Positions 23,978-34,371 of a stretch of 41,908 bases of DNA are shown in pieces (the stretch's first letter is position 1; each line of letters begins with the position of its first letter). Both the position numbers and the translations under genes were made by a program. The notes below the pieces were generated by a model that was given only the letters and a program-made list of their open reading frames with translations, was not told where the DNA came from and did no database searches. The DNA comes from a virus (Duplodnaviria > Caudoviricetes), in IMG/VR virus record IMGVR_UViG_3300048852_000023, positions 1-41,908 of that record; one strand, given 5' to 3'.

Positions 23978-25353
23978 CCGAGTTGCAGTTCCGCGCGCGC
24001 CGGCTGCTGAAGGCGTCGCAGCTCAACCAGGCATTTGCGCGCGAGCGGGCGCTGAGCGAGCATGACGCGTCAACCGCCGCCCCAGTGCAGAGCGTGGCGG
24101 GGCGCACCGGCGACGTCACGCTGACCGCTGCGGACAGCAGCTTCACGCAGTCCGGCACTGGCGCGGCGGCGCGCACCGTGGAGAATAGGCTCCGCGAGGT
24201 CGTCAGCCTCAAGGACTTCGGCGCCGTCGGCGACAACACGACCGACGACACCGCTGCGATCCAGGCGTGGCTGGACTACCTGGCGGGCCTCATGGGTGCG
24301 TCGGGTCTCGGCGCCACGGGCTATGTGCCGCCTGGGCAGTACCTGGCGACGCGCCTCTATATCCGCCGGCCGATGTACCTTCTTGGCGCCGGTTCGAACA
24401 TCTGCGAGTTCGTGCAGCCGATCACGGAGACGCAACCGTTCTTCAACGTCCGGGTGGCGCACAACGGCTACAATTGGGTGAACGACGGGTGGCCGTCCGG
24501 CGTGCTCCAGATCGACGGCATCCGGTTGCGCGGGCGCTCGCGCGCGTCGGGCGGCACGAGCCGGTCTGCCATGGACATCGCGGAGGCCGACACCAACCCG
24601 GTGCGGCACTACGTGCTGCTGCGGGATGTGCAGATTTACAACTTCAGCGGTGACGGTATCTACTCCAGCGAAGTTCCGGTGAGCGGCGATCGGCTGCACA
24701 TCACGTATTGCGGCCAGGACTGCCTATCGCTGTCCAACGTCGCCGACTGCCACTTCACCGCAAGCAACTTCGGATTGGCGCTGCGCGACAACATCCGTCT
24801 GCGCGACGTTGGGCAGACATCTTTCAGCAGCGGCTGCAACTCATACACCGGGGGTGAGAGCTGTCTGGACCTCTACGGCCAGAACTCGACCGGGACGGTC
24901 ATGTTCTACGACATGATGTTTGACCGCAGCAGCAAGCTCGGGGCGAAACTCAACCTGACGAACGGGTACCGGGTTCTATTCGACAACTGTACCTTCTATC
25001 TGAACGGGCAGGCCGCCGCGAACACGTACCCGGACGTGCAACTCGTGGTCGGGTCCAGCAACGCGGCGACGTTCCGCTCCTGCGTGTGGGGCGCTACCTA
25101 CAGCCAGTCGCCGTCGAACCGGTTCACGTCGGAGCACATCAATATCGCGGACGCGACCGACACCGTCTCCTTCGATGGGCTGAACCACTTCCACGGCGGC
25201 GCTCTCGTGACGAACGCCCCGGCGCAGGTAGTTCATCCGGTGTGGCTGCCGCCTGGTCCCTACGCGGACGACGCCGCCGCCGCTACGGCGGGCGTCGCAG
25301 TCGGCTACCTCTACCGCGTGACCGGCGGCAGCGTGGCCTGGAGGGTGTCGTAA
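23974..25353 (+). CDS. Tailspike / beta-helix depolymerase 1
   Basis: FTQSGTGAAARTVENRLREVVSLKDFGAVGDNTTDDTAAIQAW...YVPPGQY followed by beta-helix repeats. Confidence 0.85.
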   Translation: MTELQFRARRLLKASQLNQAFARERALSEHDASTAAPVQSVAGRTGDVTLTAADSSFTQSGTGAAARTVENRLREVVSLKDFGAVGDNTTDDTAAIQAWLDYLAGLMGASGLGATGYVPPGQYLATRLYIRRPMYLLGAGSNICEFVQPITETQPFFNVRVAHNGYNWVNDGWPSGVLQIDGIRLRGRSRASGGTSRSAMDIAEADTNPVRHYVLLRDVQIYNFSGDGIYSSEVPVSGDRLHITYCGQDCLSLSNVADCHFTASNFGLALRDNIRLRDVGQTSFSSGCNSYTGGESCLDLYGQNSTGTVMFYDMMFDRSSKLGAKLNLTNGYRVLFDNCTFYLNGQAAANTYPDVQLVVGSSNAATFRSCVWGATYSQSPSNRFTSEHINIADATDTVSFDGLNHFHGGALVTNAPAQVVHPVWLPPGPYADDAAAATAGVAVGYLYRVTGGSVAWRVS

Positions 25354-25356
25354 CCC

Positions 25357-26370
25357 ATGTCCTACTCCACCCGCTTCTCCAACGCGCTCGGCGCCTACAG
25401 CCCGCGGCTGATGGCGCTTGCCTATCCTGGGCAGCAGTCGGCCGGTCCGAGCGGGCCGACGCTGCAGCCGCTTCCGGTCAACAGCGGCGCCGGCAACGTG
25501 GCGGTCCCGAGCGTGCAGCAGGCGGCGCAGCAGGCCGCGCAGGCGGCGGACAACTCGGTCGGCGTGGGCTCGGTGGACGCGACGGATGCGACCGGCGCGG
25601 CGCCCTCGACGCCATCCCCCAACCAGAGTTTCAGCGGCGTGATGGGGGCGGTGAACAACGCCTTCAGCGTGGCGACGAACCCCATGGGGGCGCTGGCCAG
25701 CCTGGCGGTGTCGACCTATCGCGGCCAGGAGCCGACGCTCTCCATGATGGAGGCGCTGGGCGTGTTCGGCGAGCCGGCGACGGCCACGATGGACCCGAAC
25801 TCGGTGACGGGCAGCAACCCCGGCGCCACCGACAGCCTGGGCGTGGGCGATGCGATGGAGCAGGGCTCGCCTGGCGCGCCCGGCGTGGGCACGCCTGGCG
25901 GCATGGCGGGCGGCCTGGCGGGCGGCCAGGAGATGGGCGGTGGCGTTGGTGCGGCCGGGCCCGGTGATGACCCAGGTGGCTTGGACGGGTCTTCTGGCGC
26001 GGACACTGATCCCGGCTCAGACGACGGTTCCGACACGAGCGCCGGCACCGGCGACAGCATGGATGGCGGGTCGGGTAGTGACGGCCCCGGTGATGCCGGA
26101 TCGGACGCCGGAGACGGCGGCCCCGGCGATGGCGGCTCCGGCAGCGATGGCCCTGGGGACGCTGGCGATGCCGGCAGCGATGGCTGGCGCATGGGCGGGC
26201 CGACCGGCGACGACGGCGACGGCGTGCTGGAGCCGATCCGCGGCACGGTCCACGAGGGCGAGTTCGTGCTCCGCCCCGAGGCCGTCTCCTACTACGGGCC
26301 GGCGCTGCTGGCCGCGATGAACGCGGGGCAGGTGCCGCGCAGCCGTCTCATGGCCCTGCTGGGCGACTGA
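25357..26370 (+). CDS. Gly/Asp/Ser-rich low-complexity virion-associated protein
   Basis: Long acidic GS/D tract; C-terminal GG...G.VHEGEFVLRPEAV motif. Confidence 0.7.
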   Translation: MSYSTRFSNALGAYSPRLMALAYPGQQSAGPSGPTLQPLPVNSGAGNVAVPSVQQAAQQAAQAADNSVGVGSVDATDATGAAPSTPSPNQSFSGVMGAVNNAFSVATNPMGALASLAVSTYRGQEPTLSMMEALGVFGEPATATMDPNSVTGSNPGATDSLGVGDAMEQGSPGAPGVGTPGGMAGGLAGGQEMGGGVGAAGPGDDPGGLDGSSGADTDPGSDDGSDTSAGTGDSMDGGSGSDGPGDAGSDAGDGGPGDGGSGSDGPGDAGDAGSDGWRMGGPTGDDGDGVLEPIRGTVHEGEFVLRPEAVSYYGPALLAAMNAGQVPRSRLMALLGD

Positions 26371-26380
26371 GGGATCCGAC

Positions 26381-26707
26381 ATGGCAAAGAACGACAGTGG
26401 CGGCGTGGAGCTCGGCCTCATCCCGCCCGTCACCGGCAGCTTCACCGCGACCGGCAACGGCGCGGAGTTCAAGCCCCGGCCGGGCAAGTTCAACCTGGCC
26501 ATCTACGGCACCTTCACCGCCACGGTGAAGCTGCAGCGGTCGTTTGACGGCGGCGACAACTGGATCGACTGCACGAACCTCGGCTCGGCAGTCTCCTTTT
26601 CCACCGCCGCGACCGAGGTGATCGACGAGCCGGAGCGCGAGGTCCGCTATCGCCTCAACTGCTCCGCCTATACCTCCGGCACGGTGAACTGGCGCCTCTC
26701 GCAGTGA
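26381..26707 (+). CDS. Small beta-sandwich virion protein
   Basis: GTFTATVKLQRSFDGG.NW...YRLNCSAYTSGTV. Confidence 0.75.
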   Translation: MAKNDSGGVELGLIPPVTGSFTATGNGAEFKPRPGKFNLAIYGTFTATVKLQRSFDGGDNWIDCTNLGSAVSFSTAATEVIDEPEREVRYRLNCSAYTSGTVNWRLSQ

Positions 26708-27996
26708 GCGTGTTCGTCCGGCAGGGTCGCGGCTTCGCGCCCCTCATCAGCGGCGTCTACGCCCGCCGCGGCGGAGGCTTGGCCTACACCTCCCTGATCG
26801 AGCCGGGCGAGTTCTCGGCGACGCTGACGCGCGCGCAGACCTCGACCGTTGCGACCGGCACCGACACGTCCAGCGCGATCGTCGAGTACGCCTCGGCCGA
26901 CACGCCGCGGTGGACCGGCGCGGCGCAGCGGCTGCTGATCGAGACGCAGCGGACGAACAGCATCCGCAACCCGCGCTTCGAGGGCGCCAGCGTCGGTACG
27001 CCGGGCGATCCAGGCACGAACCTGATCCTGAGCCAGCCTGGGTCCGGCGTCAGTGCGGCCATCGTCGCCACCGGGACAGAGGCCGGGATGGCCTACATCG
27101 ACGTGCAGGTGAGCGGCACGGCGAGCGCGGCGATCAGCACCGACAACTTCCTGCTCCAGCTCGAAGGCACGCAGCAGATCGTCGCGGCCATGAGCCAAAC
27201 CTGGTCGGGCAGCTTCTACGCCCGGATCGTGGCGGGTGCCTTGGCCGGCACGCTCTCGCTCGACCTGGCCGAGCGCACCTCAACCGGCGCCAGCGCCACG
27301 ATCAACAAGGCGACGGTCACGCCGACCGGCACCCTCTCGCGCCTGACGCGCACCGTGGCGTTGAGCAACGCCTCCACAGCCTATGTCATGCCGGTACTGC
27401 GCTGGGGTTGCAACAGCGGGACCGTGGTGGATTTCACGCTGCGTCTGATGGGCCCGCAGTGCGAGCAGGGCACCACCGTCTCCAGCCTCATCCTGCCGCC
27501 CGTGGGCTCTCCCGCAGCGTCCACGCGCGGCCAAGATTTCGTGACCGCCAACTTCGCGAGCCTGTTCCCGTCCGGTGCCGGCACGCTCCTGATGGCCTGC
27601 AGCCTCGTGGACGCGAGCGTGAGCGCCAACCAGACGCTTGCCCAGGTCGAGCAGGACGCGAACAACCGCTTCCTGATCCGCAGCAACTCCTCCGGCGCGT
27701 TCCAGGCGCTCCGCGTCACGGGCGGGGCGTCATCGAGTGCCACCGGCGCCTCGATCTCCGACGCCACCCTGTTCCGCTGCGGCATGGCCTTCGATGGCGC
27801 GGGCCGCGTCGCGGCGAGCCTCAACGGCGCGGCCGCCATCGCGGTGACGGGCGGCCCGACGAGCGGCCTGACGACCCTGCGCCTTGGCTACTCGGACAGC
27901 GGCGCGCTGGTGCAGAGCGGGGAGTTCGGGTCGGCGCGGGCCTACTCCTATGCGATGTCCGACGCCGACCTGGCCGCCGCGGTGGCGGCGCTGTGA
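26704..27996 (+). CDS. Tail/head fibre protein with carbohydrate-binding-like domains
   Basis: TRA...PRW....LLIE.QRTN.I.N and Q.EQG...SS.I....TRG motifs; LamG-like C-terminus. Confidence 0.75.
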   Translation: MSVFVRQGRGFAPLISGVYARRGGGLAYTSLIEPGEFSATLTRAQTSTVATGTDTSSAIVEYASADTPRWTGAAQRLLIETQRTNSIRNPRFEGASVGTPGDPGTNLILSQPGSGVSAAIVATGTEAGMAYIDVQVSGTASAAISTDNFLLQLEGTQQIVAAMSQTWSGSFYARIVAGALAGTLSLDLAERTSTGASATINKATVTPTGTLSRLTRTVALSNASTAYVMPVLRWGCNSGTVVDFTLRLMGPQCEQGTTVSSLILPPVGSPAASTRGQDFVTANFASLFPSGAGTLLMACSLVDASVSANQTLAQVEQDANNRFLIRSNSSGAFQALRVTGGASSSATGASISDATLFRCGMAFDGAGRVAASLNGAAAIAVTGGPTSGLTTLRLGYSDSGALVQSGEFGSARAYSYAMSDADLAAAVAAL

Positions 27997-28010
27997 CCAT
28001 GGAGGGTGAT

Positions 28011-28274
28011 GTGACCTGGATCCGTCACGACTGGCGCGGCCCCGCGGCCGACGTGGAGGCCGCGCTGCGCGCCCTGGGCTGGACCGGCCCGGACGAAGAG
28101 CCCGGCACGCTGGATGCGCGCGTGGGCGCCCTGCTGCCGGCGACCGGCGCGGCGCTGCGGGTGCTGGACGGGTGGGCCTACGCGGCCTTCCTGGCGAGCG
28201 AGGCCATCGCCCCGCCGGTCGGCGTGCTGGACGGGCGGCCGGAGCTTTCCGTCGCGCTGCTGGGGACGCTGTAG
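28011..28274 (+). CDS. Hypothetical protein (possible fibre accessory)
   Basis: GGAGG RBS before GTG; follows the fibre gene. Confidence 0.55.
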   Translation: MTWIRHDWRGPAADVEAALRALGWTGPDEEPGTLDARVGALLPATGAALRVLDGWAYAAFLASEAIAPPVGVLDGRPELSVALLGTL

Positions 28275-28282
28275 CCCGGGCC

Positions 28283-29677
28283 ATGCGCGTTCCATTCTCG
28301 GTGCAGTCGTACCGCCACCGGTCCCTGCCGGTGTCGGCGCAGCGGCTCATCAACCTGATGACCGAGGCGCAGCCGCCAGACGCGAAGGCGCGCGCCCCGA
28401 TCGTGCCGACCCCTGGCATGTCGCTGTTCGGCACCCTCGGCGGCGGCCCGGTGCGGGGCCTGCGGGTGATGGGGTCCTATCTCTACGTCGTGTCTGCCGG
28501 CAGCGTGTGGCGTGTCGACACCAACGGCGTCGGCGTCGAGATCGGCCAGGTGCCGTCCACCGCGACGCCGGTCAGCATGGCCGACAATGGCACGCAGCTC
28601 GTGATCGTGGTCCCGGAGGCGGAGCGCGGCTTCATCGCCACCACGTCCGAGGTGGTCGAGATCGAGAGCGAGGGCTTCGAGGGCTCGGTCGGCTGCGCCT
28701 TCGTGGACGGCTACATCGCCCATGTGAAGCCGGCCAGCAAGGAGTTCTTCCTCTCCTCGGCCGACGACGCCGCGACCTACGACGCGCTGGACTTCGCCTC
28801 CGCCGAGCGCAGCCCTGACAACATCGTGGCCATCGAGCGCGTGGGCGCCGAGCTCTGGCTGTTCGGCGAGACCACGACCGAGATATTCCAGAACGTCGGC
28901 GGCGACGGCTTCCCGTTCCAGCGCGTCAGCGGCGCCTTCATCGAGCGCGGGTGTTCCGCCCCGGCCTCCGTGGCGCAGCGCATGGGCGCGGTCTGCTGGC
29001 TGGGCGACGACCGGGTGGTGTACCGGGCCGATGGCTTCGCGCCGGTGCGGATCTCCACCCACGCCATCGAGCAGGCCTTCGGCGGCTACACGGACGTGTC
29101 CGACGCGGTGGCCTGGATCTACGAGCTCGAGGGGCACGTCCATTACGTGCTGACCTTCCCCTCCGCGCAGTCGACCTGGGTCTACGACCTGACGACGCAG
29201 CTCTGGCATGAGCGCGAGAGCGAGGGGTTCCGCCACTGGCGCGGCTGGCTCGGCGCGGCCTACGCCGGCGGCGTCATCTGCGGCGACCCGGTGAGCGGCA
29301 ACCTGTACCGGCTGAACCCGACGCTGGCGACCGAGGCCGGCGCGCAGATCATCCGCCAGGCGACCGGCATGGCCTACCACGCCGAGGGGCGCCGGGCATT
29401 CTTCAGCCGGCTGAACGCCGAGTTCGAGACCGGCGTGGGGCTGGCGACGGGGCAGGGGAGCGACCCGCAGGTGTGGCTCCAGCATTCCGACGACGGCGGC
29501 CGGACATGGAGCAACGAGAAATGGGCCTCGCTTGGCGCCCTCGGCCAGTTCCGCACCCGCGCGGAGTGGCGCCGGCTGGGCGCGGCGCGGGACCGCGTGT
29601 TCCGCCTGGGCTGGGCTGATCCGGTCTACACGACGCTGATCTCCGCGGACCTTGAGATCGAGGCGGGCCAGGACTGA
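28283..29677 (+). CDS. Packaged-DNA stabilization / tail hub protein (P22 gp10-like)
   Basis: VSMADNG...DALDFASAE.SPDNIV...LWLFGE.TTE...ISTHAIE...YVLTFP...SDDGG.TWS. Confidence 0.92.
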   Translation: MRVPFSVQSYRHRSLPVSAQRLINLMTEAQPPDAKARAPIVPTPGMSLFGTLGGGPVRGLRVMGSYLYVVSAGSVWRVDTNGVGVEIGQVPSTATPVSMADNGTQLVIVVPEAERGFIATTSEVVEIESEGFEGSVGCAFVDGYIAHVKPASKEFFLSSADDAATYDALDFASAERSPDNIVAIERVGAELWLFGETTTEIFQNVGGDGFPFQRVSGAFIERGCSAPASVAQRMGAVCWLGDDRVVYRADGFAPVRISTHAIEQAFGGYTDVSDAVAWIYELEGHVHYVLTFPSAQSTWVYDLTTQLWHERESEGFRHWRGWLGAAYAGGVICGDPVSGNLYRLNPTLATEAGAQIIRQATGMAYHAEGRRAFFSRLNAEFETGVGLATGQGSDPQVWLQHSDDGGRTWSNEKWASLGALGQFRTRAEWRRLGAARDRVFRLGWADPVYTTLISADLEIEAGQD

Positions 29678-30051
29678 TGGCGATCCGCACGAAGACCGTC
29701 CCGGGGCCCTCCTACGACGCGCCGGTGGTGGGCACCGACCGCCGGGCGTCGCGGACGTGGTTCTCCTGGGCCGATGCCGTCTCCCGCGCGCTGACCGGGG
29801 CGCTGCTGATCGACAGCGAGCTTGACCCGCCGAGCATCCCCGCCGTCGGGTCGGCCGGCGTGACGGTGACGGCGGCCGGGGTGGCGGTGGGAGACTTCGC
29901 GATCGCGTCCTTCTCGGCCCTGACGGCCGATGTGTCGCTGACCGCGGCCGTGACCGCGGCGGATACGGTGGTGGTTCGGTTCATCAATCACAGCGCGGCG
30001 CCGGTGGACCTGGCGACCGGCACGCTGCGGGTGAAGGTGGAGAAAAGCTGA
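29677..30051 (+). CDS. Tail accessory protein
   Basis: P......SRTWFSW N-terminus typical of the gene after gp10; beta-rich C-terminus. Confidence 0.65.
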   Translation: MAIRTKTVPGPSYDAPVVGTDRRASRTWFSWADAVSRALTGALLIDSELDPPSIPAVGSAGVTVTAAGVAVGDFAIASFSALTADVSLTAAVTAADTVVVRFINHSAAPVDLATGTLRVKVEKS

Positions 30052-30677
30052 TGTCCTGGGCACTCCCCGCGGCGATCATCGGGTCGTCCATCATCGGCGG
30101 ACTGGCCAGCAGCAGCGGCGCCAAGGCGCAGGCGAATGCGGCCAACGCCGCGTCCGACGTGCAGCGCTATATGTACGACCAGACGCGCACGGACTACGCG
30201 CCGTACCGCGAGGTCGGCACCTCGGCGCTGCGGCGGCTGGCCAGCGAGGCGAACCAGCCCTTCGATCAGACGCCGGGCTACCAGTTCCGGTTCAACGAGG
30301 GCCTGCGCGCGGTCAACCAGAACGCCAGCGCGGCCGGGATGCTGAACAGCGGCCAGCGGCTGCGCGCCCTGACGCAGTACGGCCAGGGCATGGCCGAGCA
30401 GGGCTATGGCGAATACGCCAACCGGCTTGCCTCGCTGGCGGGCGTCGGCCAGACGGCGACCGGCCAGACCGCGGCAGCCGGGCAGGCCGCGGCGCAGGGC
30501 ATGGGCAACGCGGCGATGGCGGCAGGGCAGGCTAAGGCAAGCGGCTCGGCCGGCTGGGCCAACGCGGTGAACAGCGGCCTGAACAACGCCTTCCTGATGT
30601 ACGCGCTGTCGCCGAACCAGGGCGGCGCGAAGGCAAGTGCGCCATTCTGGTCCGCCGGCCTGACGGGAGCGCCCTGA
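30051..30677 (+). CDS. DNA ejection/transfer protein (P22 gp7-like)
   Basis: QRYMYDQTR.D.APYREVG...TPGYQFRFNEG...AAGML.SG...L..YGQG.A. Confidence 0.85.
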   Translation: MSWALPAAIIGSSIIGGLASSSGAKAQANAANAASDVQRYMYDQTRTDYAPYREVGTSALRRLASEANQPFDQTPGYQFRFNEGLRAVNQNASAAGMLNSGQRLRALTQYGQGMAEQGYGEYANRLASLAGVGQTATGQTAAAGQAAAQGMGNAAMAAGQAKASGSAGWANAVNSGLNNAFLMYALSPNQGGAKASAPFWSAGLTGAP

Positions 30678-32101
30678 TGTCCGGCACCCAGATCCAGTAC
30701 CCCGACTTCGGGCGCTCGCTGCTGCTGGCGAACCAGCTTCAGAGCAGCCGGCTGCAGCAGATGGCGATGCAGCAAGAGGCCGACGAGCGCGCGAAGATGG
30801 CCGCCGTGCTGCCGACGCTGGCGCCGGCGCTGAGCGGGACGGACCCGGCGGCACGCGCCTCGGCGCTGGCGCAGCTTGCCGGGATCGGCACGCGCGGCTT
30901 TGCCATGGCCTCTCCGATGCTGGCTGAGGAGCGGCAGGTGGAGCGGCAGCGCGTGCAGCCGATGACCCCGGAGCAGCGGGCACAGTTCGGCGTGCGCGGC
31001 GCCTTCGCGGTGGACGCCCTGGGCCGCCCGGTGCAGCTCGAGGCCGCGGATACGCTGTCGCCGGAAGCCGTGAACCAGCGCATCCAGATGGCGCGGGCCA
31101 CCCGCGAGCCGCCCGTGACCTGGCAGGACGTGCGCGACGAGAGCGGGCAGATCACCGGCCAGCGCAGCAGCCGCGGCCAGTTCCAGCCCCTGCCGGCGAG
31201 CGCGACCAACATGTTCGGCGGCGGGGCGCAGGGCCTGGCGCTGCAATTCCTGACGCGCAACGCCGATGGCTACGCGGCCGGCACGCTGACGCCGGACCAG
31301 CAGCGCCAGTTCGAGACGGCGCTGACGATCGCGCAGCAGCCGCGGCAGATCTACCAGGACGGGCAACTCATCACGATCCCCGGGGCCATCCCACCCTTCG
31401 TGGCCGAGGCGCGGCAGAGGCGGCAGGGCACCGTGCCCACGCAGGCCCCCGCGCAGGGCGCTCCTGCCGCCGCGCCGCCCGCGCCTGCCGCCCCCACGGG
31501 GCAAGCGCCTGTTGGGCAGACGGGCATGGTGGCGGATCCGCCGCCGGCGGCGCCTGCGCGCGCCCCGGGTGGCGTGACGGTCCAGCAGGTTGCGCCGAGC
31601 AAGCAGGACGGCCCTTCCATTGCTGACCGCTCGAAGCTGCGCTCCATCGAGGTGGAGGCGCAGGGCATCCGCGACGCGCTGCAAACCTTCCGCGAGGCGC
31701 GCGCCGAAGCCTCTCCGGGAGAGAGGCTGCAGGCGGCAGCGGGCATGCCCACGCGCCTGTCCACCACCTGGAGCAACGCTGCGCTGCTGGCCAAGGGTGA
31801 GGCGCTTTACAACCTCGGTGTCCTGAACGGCCCCGACCTGGACATCATCCGCCGGACCCTGACCGACCCTGCCACCGTCCGAGGCCTTTTCACCGGCCAG
31901 GAGACCGTCGAGGCGCAGATCAAGGAGATCGAGACGCTGCTGGACCAGCGCTTGCGATCGGCGCGGGCCCAGTATGGCGGGCAGGCGCAGCAGTCGTCGG
32001 AGGCCGGCGGCCAGACGAGCGGTGGCGCGACACTGCGCTGGAATCCGGACAAGAACCGCGTCGAGGATGCCAACGGCAACCCGATCGGGGGAGGCGGCTG
32101 A
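30677..32101 (+). CDS. DNA ejection protein (gp20 position)
   Basis: Gln/Ala-rich; LYNLGVLNGPDL motif; second of three ejection genes. Confidence 0.7.
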   Translation: MSGTQIQYPDFGRSLLLANQLQSSRLQQMAMQQEADERAKMAAVLPTLAPALSGTDPAARASALAQLAGIGTRGFAMASPMLAEERQVERQRVQPMTPEQRAQFGVRGAFAVDALGRPVQLEAADTLSPEAVNQRIQMARATREPPVTWQDVRDESGQITGQRSSRGQFQPLPASATNMFGGGAQGLALQFLTRNADGYAAGTLTPDQQRQFETALTIAQQPRQIYQDGQLITIPGAIPPFVAEARQRRQGTVPTQAPAQGAPAAAPPAPAAPTGQAPVGQTGMVADPPPAAPARAPGGVTVQQVAPSKQDGPSIADRSKLRSIEVEAQGIRDALQTFREARAEASPGERLQAAAGMPTRLSTTWSNAALLAKGEALYNLGVLNGPDLDIIRRTLTDPATVRGLFTGQETVEAQIKEIETLLDQRLRSARAQYGGQAQQSSEAGGQTSGGATLRWNPDKNRVEDANGNPIGGGG

Positions 32102-32102
32102 C

Positions 32103-34133
32103 GTGCCTGTCGTGGACATCGCGGGCCAGCAGGTCACCTTCCCCGACAGCTTGTCGCCGGATCAACTGACCGCGGCCGTGCGCGCCGCCGCGCAGCAGAT
32201 GGCACCAGGCAACCTGGACCGCCGTACTGGCGCGCCTGCTGGCGTGCGGGCGGCGGCTGGCGCAGCGCCCACCGCGGCAGACCGTCTCGCCACGGTGCGC
32301 AACAGCTATCCGGATGCGCGGCCCTTCGGCGACGACAACATCGTCTTCACCGACCCGCGCACCGGGCGGCCGACGCTCTACAACCCGCCAGGGCTGGACT
32401 GGGGCGACGTGGCCAGCATTGGGCCGGAGATCGGCGAGCTGGCCGGCGGCGCGGTCGGCGCTGCCTTGGCCGCACCGCCGGCGATCGCGGGCATCCCTGC
32501 CACCGGCGGCGCGAGCCTGCTGGCAGTGCCGGCGGGCGCGGGCCTGGGCGCCGCGGCGGGCCGCGAGATGGTGACGCTGACGGCGCAGGCGGCCAACGAC
32601 ACGCAGGACAGCCGGGGCCCGGGGCAGCGCCTTCTGGACGCGGCCATGACGGCGGGCACGAATGCCGCCGCCGGGCCGCTGGGGGAGATGGCGGTGCGCG
32701 GCGTGCGGGCGGTAGCGGGGCCGGTGCGACGGCTCATGGGCCCGCCGACCGGCGCCGCGGCACGGAACGATTTCGTCAATGCGGGCGTGACACCTTCCGC
32801 CGGCGCTGTCACCGGCAATCGCGCCATGCAGCTCCTGGAGGGCATGCTGGAGGCGACGCCTGGCGGTGCTGGCCCGATGGCGGCGATGCGCGAGCGGCAG
32901 GCCGCGGAGCTTGGACAGTCGGTGGGGCGCGTGGCGCAGAGCTACGGCGCGCCCGGCGACCCGAGCCGTGTGGGCGGCGTGCTCCGCGAGGGGGCGGAGG
33001 CCGCGACGCAGCGGTTCGAGGAGCGGCAGCGGGACCTCTACGAGCGGGCCTTTGCGCTGATCCCCGGCCACACCCGCGTTCCACTGCCGAGCGTGGCTCA
33101 GGTGGGGCAGACGGCGCTGGCGGAACTGCGGCAGGCGCCGGAAAGCCGCGCGCCGGTGCTGCAGCCGGTCCTGAACCGCATTGAGGCCATGCTGGCCGAT
33201 GCCGGCCCCGATGGCTTGCGCTTCGAGGCGGTGCGGCGCGTGCGGACGGACCTCGGCCGGCTGCTGGGCGAGCCGCGCAACTCGGCGCAGGCGCCGCCCA
33301 GCGCGACGCGGGAGTACCTGGAGCGGCTGTACAGCGCGGTCAGCGACGATATGCATGCCGCGGTGAGCAACCCGGCCTATCCGTGGCGGGAGAATGCGCT
33401 GCGGCTGGCCGACCGCTACACCCGCTTCAACCGCACCCAGAACATGCCGGCGCTCGAGCGGGTCCTGGACGCCAAGACCGACGAGCGGGTCTTCAACATG
33501 GCATTCCCTCAGAATGGGAAGCCCGACGTGCAGGAACTGGCGCGCCTACGTCGGAACCTGCAGCCGGGAGAGTGGAATGCCCTGGCGTCCACCGTGCTGG
33601 ACCGCATGGGCATGCCGACCGCGGGCGCCAATGCGGGGGAGAGCTTCAGCGTCAACACCTTCCTCACCAACTGGAACAAGCTGCACCAGAACGGCGAGGG
33701 CGCGCGCAACGTCCTGTTCAGCGGCCCCGGCACGGGTGAGCTGGCCACGGAAATGGACCGCTTCGTCCGCGTGGCGCAGCGCCTCCGCGACGCGGAGCGC
33801 ATGCGCAACTACAGCGGCACGGCCAGGGTCGGCATGCTGGGCGCCGGCACGCTGGCAGCGGGGCAGGATGTCGCGCAGGGCGATTGGCAGGGGCTGGCGA
33901 CCACGGCGGCGCTGGGTATCGTTGCGCCCCGTTACGCCGCGCAGCTCATGACCGATCCGCGCTTCATCCGCTGGCTGACCAGCGCCACGCCGCAGATCGC
34001 ATCGCGCCCGCAGGTGGCGGATCGGGCGCTGGCGCGCCTGGTGGCGGTGGGTGAGGCGAACCCGGAACTGCGGGACGCGATCGAGGCCTACCGCACCACC
34101 TTCATTGGCCAGTCAACGCCGCCCCCACGCTGA
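32103..34133 (+). CDS. DNA ejection protein (gp16 position)
   Basis: Large Ala/Gly-rich helical protein; FS..TFLTNWN.L...NYSGTA. Confidence 0.75.
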   Translation: MPVVDIAGQQVTFPDSLSPDQLTAAVRAAAQQMAPGNLDRRTGAPAGVRAAAGAAPTAADRLATVRNSYPDARPFGDDNIVFTDPRTGRPTLYNPPGLDWGDVASIGPEIGELAGGAVGAALAAPPAIAGIPATGGASLLAVPAGAGLGAAAGREMVTLTAQAANDTQDSRGPGQRLLDAAMTAGTNAAAGPLGEMAVRGVRAVAGPVRRLMGPPTGAAARNDFVNAGVTPSAGAVTGNRAMQLLEGMLEATPGGAGPMAAMRERQAAELGQSVGRVAQSYGAPGDPSRVGGVLREGAEAATQRFEERQRDLYERAFALIPGHTRVPLPSVAQVGQTALAELRQAPESRAPVLQPVLNRIEAMLADAGPDGLRFEAVRRVRTDLGRLLGEPRNSAQAPPSATREYLERLYSAVSDDMHAAVSNPAYPWRENALRLADRYTRFNRTQNMPALERVLDAKTDERVFNMAFPQNGKPDVQELARLRRNLQPGEWNALASTVLDRMGMPTAGANAGESFSVNTFLTNWNKLHQNGEGARNVLFSGPGTGELATEMDRFVRVAQRLRDAERMRNYSGTARVGMLGAGTLAAGQDVAQGDWQGLATTAALGIVAPRYAAQLMTDPRFIRWLTSATPQIASRPQVADRALARLVAVGEANPELRDAIEAYRTTFIGQSTPPPR

Positions 34134-34308
34134 CCAGCATCCAGGCGCCGAGTAGCGCGCCAGCGACCACCACGACGATGAGACGCCCCCGGTCCCAGTA
34201 CGGGACGCCGGCGGCCCTCGCCTGGTCCGCCCGCCATTGGGCGATCGTGTGAAGCCCGGCGACGCAGAAAGCCAGGATCAGGGCTGACGTAAGGAAGCCC
34301 TCCATCAC
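34102..34308 (-). CDS. Small two-TM membrane protein (moron, opposite strand)
   Basis: Two hydrophobic segments; fills the gap between the ejection gene and the tailspike. Confidence 0.6.
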   Translation of the reverse strand: MMEGFLTSALILAFCVAGLHTIAQWRADQARAAGVPYWDRGRLIVVVVAGALLGAWMLVSVGAALTGQ

Positions 34309-34371
34309 GCCAACCCACCCGCCGACGCCCCGCGTCGCGCGGCTTTCCGTGCTTCCCGAAAGGTCATCGGC

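Noticed and set aside
25357-26370. Tape measure protein
   Set aside because: Short and low-complexity; the phage has P22-type hub and ejection genes and no tail tube or sheath
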